Below, piece by piece: positions 9,046-18,315 of a stretch of DNA of 46,462 bases. The notes below the pieces were generated by a model, which searched no databases, was not told the origin of the DNA, and worked only from the letters and a program-made list of their open reading frames with translations. The stretch comes from Candidatus Omnitrophota bacterium (lineage in GTDB: Bacteria; Omnitrophota; Gorgyraeia; Gygaellales; Profunditerraquicolaceae): assembly GCA_026387475.1 (NCBI GenBank), contig JAPLLN010000038.1, forward strand, positions 1 through 46,462, given 5' to 3'. The translations under genes and the position numbers were made by a program. Numbering within the stretch: position 1 is the stretch's first letter; each line of letters opens with the position of its first letter.

Positions 9046-10053
9046 TTAGTCGTATAGTCCTTTAGTAAAATTCAAAAGTTCATCTTTGGTAAAAAACTGT
9101 CCGGTCTCTTCAACCGCGTGCACCAATTCCACTAATTTAGTATTCAAGGGGGCCTTCTGCCCGGTTTTCCTAGCCAGGGCGACAAATGCGCCGTTAATAA
9201 AATCGACCTCCGAGCGCTTGCCTCTTTTGATGCTCTGCAGGATAGATCCGTACAGCGGGTCTTTGCTTAATTTAAGCATTATGCCGGAGAATATCCCCGC
9301 TGCCTGCGCCGGGGGGATACAGATCATTTTAGTGATATTTTCCAACGGGAAACCCGGAAGGGAGACTAAATTTATCCCCGACTTGCAGATAATATCAAAA
9401 CCTTCCTTCCAGATACCGATGCTGATACGGCTTACATCCAGGTCGCCGAACGCCTCCTGCATGCTCAAGCCCAATATCGCGGGGATACAGTTGTTGGCGT
9501 TGACAAAAACTTTCATATATTTCATCCCCATGATGTCATCGCTGATCGTCGTCGGGAAGGCCTTATCCAGGACAAGGCTTACATCGATCAATTTCTGGTC
9601 CGTTCCTTTTTCAAAAGGCCTGCCGATGATCCAGCCGCCTTCGAAATTATGCACGATCAGGCCCGGCTCAATATAGGTCGAACCAAACATCACGATACTT
9701 GAGATTATTCTGTCTTTAGGGATGTATTTTGCCGTTATTTCGTCGGCAGCCACACCATTCTGCGTAGTCAGGACTATCGAGTCTTTTAAAAAAGCGGCGT
9801 TATCTTTCAGCGCGCACTCGATATCCTGGGTCTTGACCGCGAGTATTGCCAGGTCCGGCTTAGAGACCACCTGGCTGTGCGCCGTAACCGACACCTTATG
9901 CTCCCGGCGCGCTCCGGAGACCTTGATACCGGATGAATTTATGGCATCGACCGCATCTTTCCGGCCGACCAGGTAGACATCTTCACCTTTTTCTTTTAAG
10001 TAAGCCGCGACTAAGCCCCCGATCGCTCCGGAGCCGATGACTACTATCTTCAT
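9046..10053 (-). CDS. panE: Ketopantoate reductase family protein (PanE/ApbA)
   Basis: IGSGAIGG, AVKT, TQNG, KVFVN, SILQS, RSEVDFING motifs. Confidence 0.85.
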   Translation of the reverse strand: MKIVVIGSGAIGGLVAAYLKEKGEDVYLVGRKDAVDAINSSGIKVSGARREHKVSVTAHSQVVSKPDLAILAVKTQDIECALKDNAAFLKDSIVLTTQNGVAADEITAKYIPKDRIISSIVMFGSTYIEPGLIVHNFEGGWIIGRPFEKGTDQKLIDVSLVLDKAFPTTISDDIMGMKYMKVFVNANNCIPAILGLSMQEAFGDLDVSRISIGIWKEGFDIICKSGINLVSLPGFPLENITKMICIPPAQAAGIFSGIMLKLSKDPLYGSILQSIKRGKRSEVDFINGAFVALARKTGQKAPLNTKLVELVHAVEETGQFFTKDELLNFTKGLYD

Positions 10054-10316
10054 TTGCAGTTTTTGGGGAAACCGTATTTTTTGTAATCGAACCCAGCCTG
10101 CTCCAACAGCCGGACCATCATGCTGTAAAACGGGGAGGGGACATCGGAGAAGAAAGCGCCGACCACATCCTGCTCTTCAACCGCTTCTGCGCTCCGGGAT
10201 CTGGCAAGTTCTTCGGCCTTTTTGGTCACCGCTACTTCGGTTATCCGGCGGTGAAAAACCGGGATCTTGACTATCATCAGCTTTAATTTTTCTTGAGTCT
10301 TGGCATCCCAATTCAT
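10050..10316 (-). CDS. Small DUF2621 / PCP_red-like helical protein, first gene of the PKS operon
   Basis: W......L......IP.F.R......KAEE.A pattern; AGAGGG-like RBS upstream. Confidence 0.65.
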   Translation of the reverse strand: MNWDAKTQEKLKLMIVKIPVFHRRITEVAVTKKAEELARSRSAEAVEEQDVVGAFFSDVPSPFYSMMVRLLEQAGFDYKKYGFPKNCK

Positions 10317-10362
10317 GCGTTAACCCTCTATGATAATTAAGGTTACTTCCCTCTTCCGGAAT

Positions 10363-10380
10363 ATAGTAAAATTTTACTAT
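10363..10380. promoter_or_regulatory. Perfect 18-bp palindrome, putative operator
   Basis: ATAGTAAAA|TTTTACTAT, just downstream of the -10 box of the PKS operon promoter. Confidence 0.7.
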
Positions 10381-10393
10381 TCCAATTTTATTA

Positions 10394-10421
10394 ATTATAC
10401 CTCCTAGAACGGGCTTGTCAA
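10394..10421 (-). promoter_or_regulatory. Sigma70 promoter of the PKS operon
   Basis: TTGACA (10421-10416), 16-nt spacer, TATAAT (10399-10394); both hexamers are perfect. Confidence 0.8.
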
Positions 10422-10438
10422 GTAAAAATCTTATAAGT

Positions 10439-10951
10439 TTACAGGGCTTTGATGAGACGGGAGAGAAACTGGTATTCTGCCTCCAGCATCTGGAGGTTGT
10501 GTTCAAGGATGAGGGTATGCGGAGAAGACTTCTTTTTCAGGGAAACTATCATCTGGTTAAGCTCGCGGGAGAGGCCTTTGAGGATGACCATCCTGCCGCG
10601 CATGCGGCGCTGCGCTATTTCAGGGTCGATCTTATCTAAAAAATATAAACTTAGGTCCAGGCTGAATTGAGGCCGCTTAAAATTCAAAAAGCTCTTGCTT
10701 AAGAGTTCGTCAAAGCGGAGTTTTCCTTTTGGGGTGAGGCAGTAGACGTGGCGTTCGGGCCTGCGCGTCGGTTTCAAAGCGCGCTTTGCGACCAGCCCCC
10801 TCTTCTCCAGTATGTTCAGGGGATAATATATGGATTTCAGGTCTACTCCGGCGAAGATAGAGAGGATCTTTTTGATCTCTTGTTTTATTTCGTAGCCGTG
10901 TTTAGGGCTCTGGCGCAAAAGCCCTAATAATAAAAGCTCCTGCTCGATCAC
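10439..10951 (-). CDS. PadR family transcriptional regulator
   Basis: LLGLL...PKHGYEI, SIYYPL..LE..GLV, YCLTPKG wHTH with C-terminal helical extension; GTG start overlaps the accA stop. Confidence 0.9.
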   Translation of the reverse strand: MIEQELLLLGLLRQSPKHGYEIKQEIKKILSIFAGVDLKSIYYPLNILEKRGLVAKRALKPTRRPERHVYCLTPKGKLRFDELLSKSFLNFKRPQFSLDLSLYFLDKIDPEIAQRRMRGRMVILKGLSRELNQMIVSLKKKSSPHTLILEHNLQMLEAEYQFLSRLIKAL

Positions 10952-11898
10952 TCTGCCACCACCCCCATCTTGCGGAATTTTTTATAGCGCTCTTTTAATA
11001 GATCCTGCGGGCTTAGTTGTTTCAACTCGCTTAAATTTCTTAACAGGGTTTCTTTTATATTAGCGGCGGTCTTGGCGGGATCGCGGTGCGCTCCACCCAG
11101 AGGCTCGTGGACGACCTCATCGATGATCCCCATCTTTAACAGGCCTTCGGCGGTAAGCTTTAATACCTCGGCTGCTTCCGGCGCTTTCGCTCCGTTCTTC
11201 CAGAGTATCGCAGCACACCCCTCGGGAGAAATAACCGAATAATAAGCATTCTCTAAAACGCAGACCCTGTCGGCTATCCCTACTCCCAGCGCCCCTCCGG
11301 AACCGCCTTCGCCGATGACTACCGCGACGATCGGCACGCCAATACGGGTCATCTCCCTTAGGTTAAGGGCGATCGCCTGGGACTGCCCCCTCTCTTCGGC
11401 TCCGATCCCCGGATACGCTCCGGGGGTATCGATAAAGACCACTATCGGCAGGTTACTCTCCTGGGCCAACTGCATCACCCTTAAAGCCTTACGGTACCCT
11501 TCAGGGTGGGCGCAGCCAAAGTTCCTCTTCAGGTTCTCCTTGGTATCCCTGCCTTTTTGGTGGCCGATCACTGCGATCTTCTGATTATCCAGTTTAGCCA
11601 GGCCGCAGATCATCGCTTTATCGTCGGAGAAGAGCCGGTCACCGTGCAATTCAATAAAATCGGTCATGAGCATCCCGATATAATCTAATGTATACGGCCT
11701 AAGCGGATGGCGCGCCAGCTGGACCTTTTGCCAGGCGCTAAGGCTGCTGTAAGTATCTTTCTTTAAATGTTCAAGCTTCTCCTCCAGCCTTTTGACTTCG
11801 GAAGAAAGATCGATCTTCTTATCGGAGATAAAATTCTTCAATTCCGAGATCTTCTTTTCTAATTCAACGATAGGTTTTTCAAAATCTAGTCCGGCCAT
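10948..11898 (-). CDS. accA: Acetyl-CoA carboxylase carboxyltransferase alpha subunit
   Basis: LDFEKPI, ARHPLRP, IDTPGAYPG, GEGGSGGALG, YSVISPEGCAAILW. Confidence 0.97.
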   Translation of the reverse strand: MAGLDFEKPIVELEKKISELKNFISDKKIDLSSEVKRLEEKLEHLKKDTYSSLSAWQKVQLARHPLRPYTLDYIGMLMTDFIELHGDRLFSDDKAMICGLAKLDNQKIAVIGHQKGRDTKENLKRNFGCAHPEGYRKALRVMQLAQESNLPIVVFIDTPGAYPGIGAEERGQSQAIALNLREMTRIGVPIVAVVIGEGGSGGALGVGIADRVCVLENAYYSVISPEGCAAILWKNGAKAPEAAEVLKLTAEGLLKMGIIDEVVHEPLGGAHRDPAKTAANIKETLLRNLSELKQLSPQDLLKERYKKFRKMGVVAE

Positions 11899-11901
11899 AG
11901 T

Positions 11902-12717
11902 TTAATCGACTATCGTGACTTCCGTCCCGGTAGGGACAATGGTATATAATTCTTCTACGTCGGAGTTCCCCAGCCTTACGCAACCGGCGGTTACCTGTTT
12001 TCCCAGGTTTTGCGGCTCGGTGGTCCCGTGTATCCCGTAACCGGCAAGGTCAAATCCCATCCAGCGCGTGCCCAGCACATTATCCGTGCTCCCCGCGGGG
12101 ATCACCGCCCCGGCTTTAAACCAGGTCGGGTTGACCAGTTTATTGGTTATTTTATAAGTCCCCACCGGAGTGGAATTATTCTTTCCGGTTGAGACGATGT
12201 AGACCTTGATCACTTCCTCGTCGGATTTAAGGGTGAGCGTATTCTGGGATTTATCGACGAGTATGCTAAACGGCGCGTTCCAGACTTTGATCTTTCTTCC
12301 CGGCATGATCTTAGAATCCGTCAGGTTATTGCTCTTAGCAATCAACTCCGGGGTGGTTTTGAATTCCCGCGCGATTTTTGTAAGGGTATCCCCGGGTTTT
12401 ATTTCATAGGCAACGCTCTTAGGGGTAACCGCGGGAGAAAAAAGCAGTTTTATATTCAACTCTTCGACTTTTCTCTGCCAGTTAAGCGCGTCATTTGAAT
12501 TGGTGAATTCGTTAAGCAGTTTTACATAAGCGTCTCTTGACCCCAGCAGGTCTCCCTTGTTCTGCAGATCCCTGGCCTGATTCAACATCCCGGACAAAGA
12601 AACGCCGCTTTTACCTTTGGTCAAAGGGCAAAGCCCCCTCCCGCATTTTAAGAATACGAATAGCCCTAATAAAACAGCTGCGCAAACAGCGACGATGATC
12701 AAGATTTTCTTGTTCAA
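11902..12717 (-). CDS. L,D-transpeptidase with LysM domain and N-terminal anchor
   Basis: YEIKPGDTLTKIA (LysM); YGIHGT...TAGCVRL (YkuD catalytic motif). Confidence 0.92.
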   Translation of the reverse strand: MNKKILIIVAVCAAVLLGLFVFLKCGRGLCPLTKGKSGVSLSGMLNQARDLQNKGDLLGSRDAYVKLLNEFTNSNDALNWQRKVEELNIKLLFSPAVTPKSVAYEIKPGDTLTKIAREFKTTPELIAKSNNLTDSKIMPGRKIKVWNAPFSILVDKSQNTLTLKSDEEVIKVYIVSTGKNNSTPVGTYKITNKLVNPTWFKAGAVIPAGSTDNVLGTRWMGFDLAGYGIHGTTEPQNLGKQVTAGCVRLGNSDVEELYTIVPTGTEVTIVD

Positions 12718-12733
12718 GTATATCCTCCTTATC

Positions 12734-13180
12734 CTAATAAGCTACTACGGCGATGATTATTCCCAGTATTAAACCGACGATTACTTCGATAGGGGTGTGT
12801 CCCACAAGCTCGCGCAGGCGCATCTCCTGGATCTTACCCTGCCAATAAATGTCTTCCATTACCTTATTTAATATGCGCGCTTGTTTCCCGGCGGAGCGGC
12901 GCACTCCCTGGGCGTCAAACATTACTACGATGGCAAAAGCCGCGGCGAGGGCAAAGTAGGCGCTGGAGAAACCCTGTTCAATGCCGACGGCAGTAGCCAG
13001 GCACGAGGCGCCGGCTGCGTGCGATGAGGGCATCCCTCCGGAACCGATAAACCAGCGGAAATCGAACCTCTTATGCTGGATGACCCCGATGACCAGCTTG
13101 ATGGTCTGGGTAATGAACCACGCGGATATCGTGGTCATCAATATTTTGTTGCGGGCTATCGCTACGAATACTTCCTTCAT
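12734..13180 (-). CDS. Divergent PAP2 family protein (DUF212)
   Basis: SGGMPSSHAA, VMFDAQGVRR..GKQA..LN, ELVGHTP. Confidence 0.93.
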   Translation of the reverse strand: MKEVFVAIARNKILMTTISAWFITQTIKLVIGVIQHKRFDFRWFIGSGGMPSSHAAGASCLATAVGIEQGFSSAYFALAAAFAIVVMFDAQGVRRSAGKQARILNKVMEDIYWQGKIQEMRLRELVGHTPIEVIVGLILGIIIAVVAY

Positions 13181-13788
13181 TATTCCTTTGCGGCTGGGGC
13201 AGGGGTTACTTCGATTTTTACTTTAGCGGGGGTCGTGGCAAGTCCGTCTTTTATTACAAAACCCTGATTCCCTTCCAGGGTCTTTTCGCTCTGCGATTTC
13301 TGTATCATATCCACGCCGACCTTGCGCGCCTGCTTTCTTAATTCCCTTATCGCTTTCTTGAGCTCGGCTGCGGAAGACAGCTTTATCTTAAGGGTCTCAT
13401 TCTCCTGCTCTAATTTAGTCTTCTGTTCGGCAAGCGCCGCGTTTTCTGCTTTTAAAAGCGATGCCTGCGAGCTGATCTGGTCAAGGGTCTTCTGGATAAC
13501 GGCAAAATCCATAAAAAGCTTGGAGAGGCGTTTTCTGCCGGCCTTTAAATTCTCTTTAAGCTCATTCTTATCATGGGCCAGCTTGACCCCGAGCGCTTTT
13601 TCTTTCTCCAATTCCTGGGTAAGCCTCTGCTTTTCGCTCTCCAAAAGGACGATCTGCTCTTTTTTCTGGGACAACTCGCTTAAAAGCGCGTATTTCTCCT
13701 TAAGGGCGATCACATACCTGTAAACGCTGAATACGGTGATGCTTATCAGGATGACGATGACGATATTCTTTATCTTGGGCTTATTCAT
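13180..13788 (-). CDS. Membrane-anchored coiled-coil hypothetical protein
   Basis: N-terminal hydrophobic helix, long heptad region, C-terminal GNQGFVIKDG. Confidence 0.75.
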   Translation of the reverse strand: MNKPKIKNIVIVILISITVFSVYRYVIALKEKYALLSELSQKKEQIVLLESEKQRLTQELEKEKALGVKLAHDKNELKENLKAGRKRLSKLFMDFAVIQKTLDQISSQASLLKAENAALAEQKTKLEQENETLKIKLSSAAELKKAIRELRKQARKVGVDMIQKSQSEKTLEGNQGFVIKDGLATTPAKVKIEVTPAPAAKE

Positions 13789-13796
13789 AGTTAAAT

Positions 13797-13824
13797 ATTA
13801 TATAGCCTGGCGGTCAAATTGCAA
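13797..13824 (-). promoter_or_regulatory. Putative sigma70 promoter giving a near-leaderless transcript
   Basis: TTGCAA-N16-TATAAT ending 8 nt before the ATG at 13788; no SD visible. Confidence 0.5.
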
Positions 13825-13887
13825 GTTTTTTTATGGTTAGATTTAGCCCGGTCTTTCGTCTATTGTTAATGAAGGGAGGATTTTTAC

Positions 13888-15414
13888 ATGCTGGCAAAAG
13901 TATTTACCTTTGGTTTGTTAGGAATAGAGGCGTATCCCGTTGAAATTGAAGTGGATGTCGCAAGGGGGCTCCCGGCGGTGACCATAGTCGGGATGGCGGA
14001 TACCGCCATACGCGAGAGCAAAGAGCGAGTCAAGGCGGCGATCAAGAATTCGGGGTTTGACTGGCCGGCGGAGCGCATTACCATAAGCCTCGCCCCATCG
14101 GATATCCGCAAAGAGGGCGCGTCTTTTGACCTGGCCATTGCCCTGGGGGTCTTGGCCGCTTCGGAGCAAATAGACAACCTTGGACTTAAAGATTATTTTG
14201 TCCTGGGAGAGCTCTCCTTGGACGGCCTGGTAAGGCCGGTGCGGGGATTATTATCCGTAGGGTTAGCCGCGGCTAAGGCCAAGATCAACAAGATCCTCGC
14301 GCCGGCGGCCAATGCTAATGAAGCAGCGGTAGTATCGGGGATAAAAGTATTCGGGGTCAAGTCGCTTAAGCAGGCGATAGACGCGATTTACGGCGGTAAT
14401 TTACTGAAACCGCTCAAACTTGACTTTGCGACCGCATTTACCCGGAGTTTAAATTACGCGCTGGATTTCGCGGAAGTAAAAGGGCAATATCAGGCCAAGC
14501 GGGCGCTGGAAGTGGCGGTCGCCGGAGGGCATAATATTGCGATGATCGGGCCTCCGGGAGGCGGAAAGACGATGCTGGCGAAAAGAATACCCACGATCAT
14601 GCCGGACTTGACATTGGAAGAAGCGCTGGAGATAACAAAAATACATTCGGCTAGCGGGTCTTTGGCTTACAAGACAAGCGTGGTGGGGACCCGACCCTTC
14701 CGCTCCCCGCACCACAGCATCTCTGATGTCGCCCTGGTCGGAGGTGGCTCGATACCGCAGCCGGGAGAGATCAGCTTAGCTCACGGAGGAGTTTTGTTTT
14801 TAGATGAGCTTCCTGAATTCAGGCGTGACTGCCTGGAAGCGTTGCGCCAGCCGCTGGAAGACGGGACCATTCATATTTCGCGCGCCGCGCGCTCATTGAT
14901 ATTTCCCGCGTCTTTTATGTTGGTGGCAGCGATGAACCCCTGCCCGTGCGGATATTTTAGCGATCCTAAAAGGGCGTGCCGGTGCAATCCGAATAAGATC
15001 GCGAATTATTTAGGAAAGATCTCGGGGCCCCTCTTGGACAGGATCGATATCCACATTGAAATACCGTCGATAAAATATAAGGAATTGACTGACACGAAGG
15101 ACGCAGAGGCATCGTTTGCTATCAAGGCGCGGGTGGAAAAAGCGAGGGCTTTACAGCGGGAAAGATTCAAATCAGAAAGAATATTTTACAACGCCCAAAT
15201 GCCTTCTAAAACAGTAAGGAATTATTGCGCGCTTAATGAGGAGGGGAAGGAACTTTTGAAATTGGCTATGACGGAATTAGGTTTATCTGCCCGGGCTTAT
15301 GACAAGATACTGAAAGTTTCGCGCACCATCGCTGACCTGGCGCAATCAGAGCTCATCCGTCCGGAGCATATCTCGGAAGCGATACAGTACCGTTCGCTTG
15401 ACAGAACGTGGTAA
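13888..15414 (+). CDS. comM: ComM/YifB Mg-chelatase-like AAA+ ATPase
   Basis: [41 protein letters not shown]; GGAGG RBS. Confidence 0.95.
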   Translation: MLAKVFTFGLLGIEAYPVEIEVDVARGLPAVTIVGMADTAIRESKERVKAAIKNSGFDWPAERITISLAPSDIRKEGASFDLAIALGVLAASEQIDNLGLKDYFVLGELSLDGLVRPVRGLLSVGLAAAKAKINKILAPAANANEAAVVSGIKVFGVKSLKQAIDAIYGGNLLKPLKLDFATAFTRSLNYALDFAEVKGQYQAKRALEVAVAGGHNIAMIGPPGGGKTMLAKRIPTIMPDLTLEEALEITKIHSASGSLAYKTSVVGTRPFRSPHHSISDVALVGGGSIPQPGEISLAHGGVLFLDELPEFRRDCLEALRQPLEDGTIHISRAARSLIFPASFMLVAAMNPCPCGYFSDPKRACRCNPNKIANYLGKISGPLLDRIDIHIEIPSIKYKELTDTKDAEASFAIKARVEKARALQRERFKSERIFYNAQMPSKTVRNYCALNEEGKELLKLAMTELGLSARAYDKILKVSRTIADLAQSELIRPEHISEAIQYRSLDRTW

Positions 15415-15417
15415 GGC

Positions 15418-16365
15418 CTATTTCGTCAATACTTCGATGCTGGCGGTGGTACTCGCGGTCTGGGCCTTAGCGTCCGTTACCGTAAGCGTTACGGTGAAAA
15501 TCCGCGAGCCGTAAGTAGCGCTCAAATAAGTATTGACCGGCTTGGCGAGCCTCGAAGTATCTCCGTCGCCAAAATCCCATTCATAGGAAACTATTCTACC
15601 GTTAGCGGAATGCGACTGCGTTGCGTAGAACTGGACCTTTAAAGGAGAGAATCCCTTCATCGGCCGGGCGACGATCACCGGGACCGGCGCCGACAATATT
15701 ACCGGAGGCTTAGTCTCCGGCGGCGGCGGTGTTTCTATTTTCTCGGCAACCGGCTCTACCGGCGGTTGCGCGGGCTTTGCCCCCTCTGCAGGAACAGCTT
15801 CGGGCGCGGCCGTCGGGACAACTTTGACTTCTGGTTGCGGGACAGCCTTGACTTCCGGCGGCGGGACAGCCTTAACTTCGGGCTTCTGCTCTTCGATAAG
15901 CAGGTCCTTCTCTACATAAATATTCAACTCTTCGCGCAAGGCCTTGATGCGGGCCTTTTCTTTCTCAAAATCCTCGTCTTCATTTTTATTGACTTCGGCT
16001 CGGTATTTAGGGTCTCTTTCGTACTTGCGGTCATTGGCCATCACAAAAGGCATGCGGAATATGCCTCCGACCACCTTGACGATAGTGACCGGCGGATTCC
16101 ATAAATATTCTTTAAGGCGGCTCTCGATGATGCCCATATTCATATAATACGATTCCACGGTCTTCCTGCGGCGCTTAAACCTCTCTTTAGCCACATCCAG
16201 GTCCGGAACGGCGTTATTCTTTCCCACGGTATATTCGGGTATCTGATAACCGCTCCTGGTCACAACGTAGCCTTTATCGTAAGGGGCTTTACCCTGTTGG
16301 AACTTATAGGTCACGCAACCGGATAACAAAAATGAAAACAATAATAAAGCAATGGCCTTTTTCAT
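15418..16365 (-). CDS. Lipoprotein with Pro-rich linker and C-terminal PKD domain
   Basis: Lipobox LLSGC; SYEWDFGDG and VTLTVTD PKD motifs. Confidence 0.85.
   Translation of the reverse strand: MKKAIALLLFSFLLSGCVTYKFQQGKAPYDKGYVVTRSGYQIPEYTVGKNNAVPDLDVAKERFKRRRKTVESYYMNMGIIESRLKEYLWNPPVTIVKVVGGIFRMPFVMANDRKYERDPKYRAEVNKNEDEDFEKEKARIKALREELNIYVEKDLLIEEQKPEVKAVPPPEVKAVPQPEVKVVPTAAPEAVPAEGAKPAQPPVEPVAEKIETPPPPETKPPVILSAPVPVIVARPMKGFSPLKVQFYATQSHSANGRIVSYEWDFGDGDTSRLAKPVNTYLSATYGSRIFTVTLTVTDAKAQTASTTASIEVLTK
15814..15885. repeat. Three imperfect 24-nt in-frame tandem repeats (PEVKAVP-type)
   Basis: cgggacaactttgacttctggttg / cgggacagccttgacttccggcgg / cgggacagccttaacttcgggctt. Confidence 0.85.
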
Positions 16366-16370
16366 AGATA

Positions 16371-16931
16371 CTACTCCTTTTTCATTAACGAGAGCGCTTC
16401 CGAACGGGTCTTCTGGTTTTCTTTAAATATTCCTCTTACCGCGGAAGTCACGGTCAGGACTCCGGGTTTTTTCACCCCGCGCATGGACATGCACATATGT
16501 TCCGCTTCGATGACCACCATTACCCCCAGGGGCCTGAGCTTGCGCATAATGATCTCGGCGATCTGGGTAGTGAGCCGCTCCTGCACCTGCGGCCTGCGGG
16601 ATAATATATCGACGACGCGGGCGAGTTTGCTTAAACCCGTCACGCGGCCTCTTTTAGGGATGTAGGCGATGTGCGCCCTGCCGGCAAAAGGCAGAAGGTG
16701 GTGTTCGCATACGCTGTACAGAGGGATGCCCTTAAGCAGGATGATCTCATGATGCTTCTGGTCTAAGATTACCTCCAGCTCTTTCTCCGGGTCCTGCTCT
16801 ATCCCGGAGAATATCTCTTCGTACATCTCCGCCACGCGCGAAGGAGTATCCAATAGATCCTTCTTTTTAGGATCCTCTCCTATGGCCACCAATATATCGT
16901 GTATCGCCCTTTCGATCTTTTTCTTATCCAT
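16371..16931 (-). CDS. folE: GTP cyclohydrolase I
   Basis: [31 protein letters not shown]. Confidence 0.97.
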   Translation of the reverse strand: MDKKKIERAIHDILVAIGEDPKKKDLLDTPSRVAEMYEEIFSGIEQDPEKELEVILDQKHHEIILLKGIPLYSVCEHHLLPFAGRAHIAYIPKRGRVTGLSKLARVVDILSRRPQVQERLTTQIAEIIMRKLRPLGVMVVIEAEHMCMSMRGVKKPGVLTVTSAVRGIFKENQKTRSEALSLMKKE

Positions 16932-16932
16932 T

Positions 16933-18315
16933 TTATTTTCCTATGCAAAACTCGCTGAATATCTTGTCCAATAAATCCTCGGAGAACCTTTTGCCTAAGA
17001 TGCTGTCGATAAGCACCAGCGCATCCTTAACATCCTGGGCAATGAACTCCGGAGGTGTTTTATTATCTAATGAATTACGCGCTTCTGCAATAAGAATCTG
17101 CGCCTCTTTTATAGCGCTTATGTGCCTTAAGTTTGAGACCATGGCCGCCTCGCCGGAAGAGACCTCTCCTTTATAGACCAGATCTGCGATACCATCTTCT
17201 AAAATACCGATATTTTTTGTTTTTTTGGCGGAGACCTCGATCACGCGAGGAAAGATCTGGGAGAGCTTCTCTTTTTTTATCTTCTGGCGCAGGTCCATCT
17301 TGTTGATTACGGCGATAACCGGTTTCTTCGGCAGCTTTTTAATCAAATTAAGGTCTGCCTTATCCAGGGCCCTGCTCCCGTCAAAAATAACGAGGATCAG
17401 GTCGGCAAACCCGATATGTTTCCGGGAGCGCTCGACCGCCTTTTTCTCGACGAGCCCGCGCGGCTCAAGAATACCGGCAGTGTCCATAATCCTCACCGGT
17501 ATCCCTTTGATGTCAATTATCTCTTCGATGGTGTCGCGGGTGGTTCCGGCAACCGGAGTGACTATGGAGCGCTCGCATTTTAAGAGCGCGTTCAATAGAG
17601 AAGATTTACCCACGTTCGGTTTCCCGCATATGACCGCGCGCACCCCTTCCCGGTATATCCGTCCGCGCGCCGAGCCGGCAATGATCTTTTTGAATTCTTC
17701 CTCTGCCTCTTTCAGTTTAGCGTTGTATTCTTGTAGATCTATCTTATTTATCCCCTCCTCCGGGAAATCTATGTTTGCCTCCAGCAACATCAAAATATCC
17801 AAAAGCATCTCTCTTGCCTTGTTCAGCTCCTTAGAGAGCCCGCCCTTAAGCTGCTCTACTCCGAGCTTCAAGGCAGCATCGGTTTTCGCCCGGATAATAT
17901 CCAAGACCGCTTCTGCCTGGGCAAGGTCGATTCGTCCGTTTAAAAAAGCGCGTTTGGTAAATTCCCCGGGCTCGGCGAGGCGGCAGCCGCAAGCTAAAAC
18001 TAAATCTAAAATTGCCCGTAAAGGAATAATACCCCCGTGACAATTAATTTCTACGATGTCTTCCTTGGTAAAAGAACGGGGGGCGCGCATGACAGTAAGA
18101 ATAACCTCGTCGATCATCTTATCCCCGTCGGAGATCCAGCCGTAATGCGTAGTGAAAGTCTTAAAGCCGGAGGGCTTTGAACCGTCTTTCGAACAAAAGA
18201 TCTTATCCGCGACTTTTAAAGCATCTTTACCGCTAAGGCGCACAATACCGATCCCGCCTACCCCCGCAGGAGTAGAGATCGCCGTAATGGTATCGGAATT
18301 ATCGTGTTTTAACAT
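16933..18315 (-). CDS. mnmE: tRNA modification GTPase MnmE
   Basis: [39 protein letters not shown]-terminal FCIGK. Confidence 0.97.
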   Translation of the reverse strand: MLKHDNSDTITAISTPAGVGGIGIVRLSGKDALKVADKIFCSKDGSKPSGFKTFTTHYGWISDGDKMIDEVILTVMRAPRSFTKEDIVEINCHGGIIPLRAILDLVLACGCRLAEPGEFTKRAFLNGRIDLAQAEAVLDIIRAKTDAALKLGVEQLKGGLSKELNKAREMLLDILMLLEANIDFPEEGINKIDLQEYNAKLKEAEEEFKKIIAGSARGRIYREGVRAVICGKPNVGKSSLLNALLKCERSIVTPVAGTTRDTIEEIIDIKGIPVRIMDTAGILEPRGLVEKKAVERSRKHIGFADLILVIFDGSRALDKADLNLIKKLPKKPVIAVINKMDLRQKIKKEKLSQIFPRVIEVSAKKTKNIGILEDGIADLVYKGEVSSGEAAMVSNLRHISAIKEAQILIAEARNSLDNKTPPEFIAQDVKDALVLIDSILGKRFSEDLLDKIFSEFCIGK

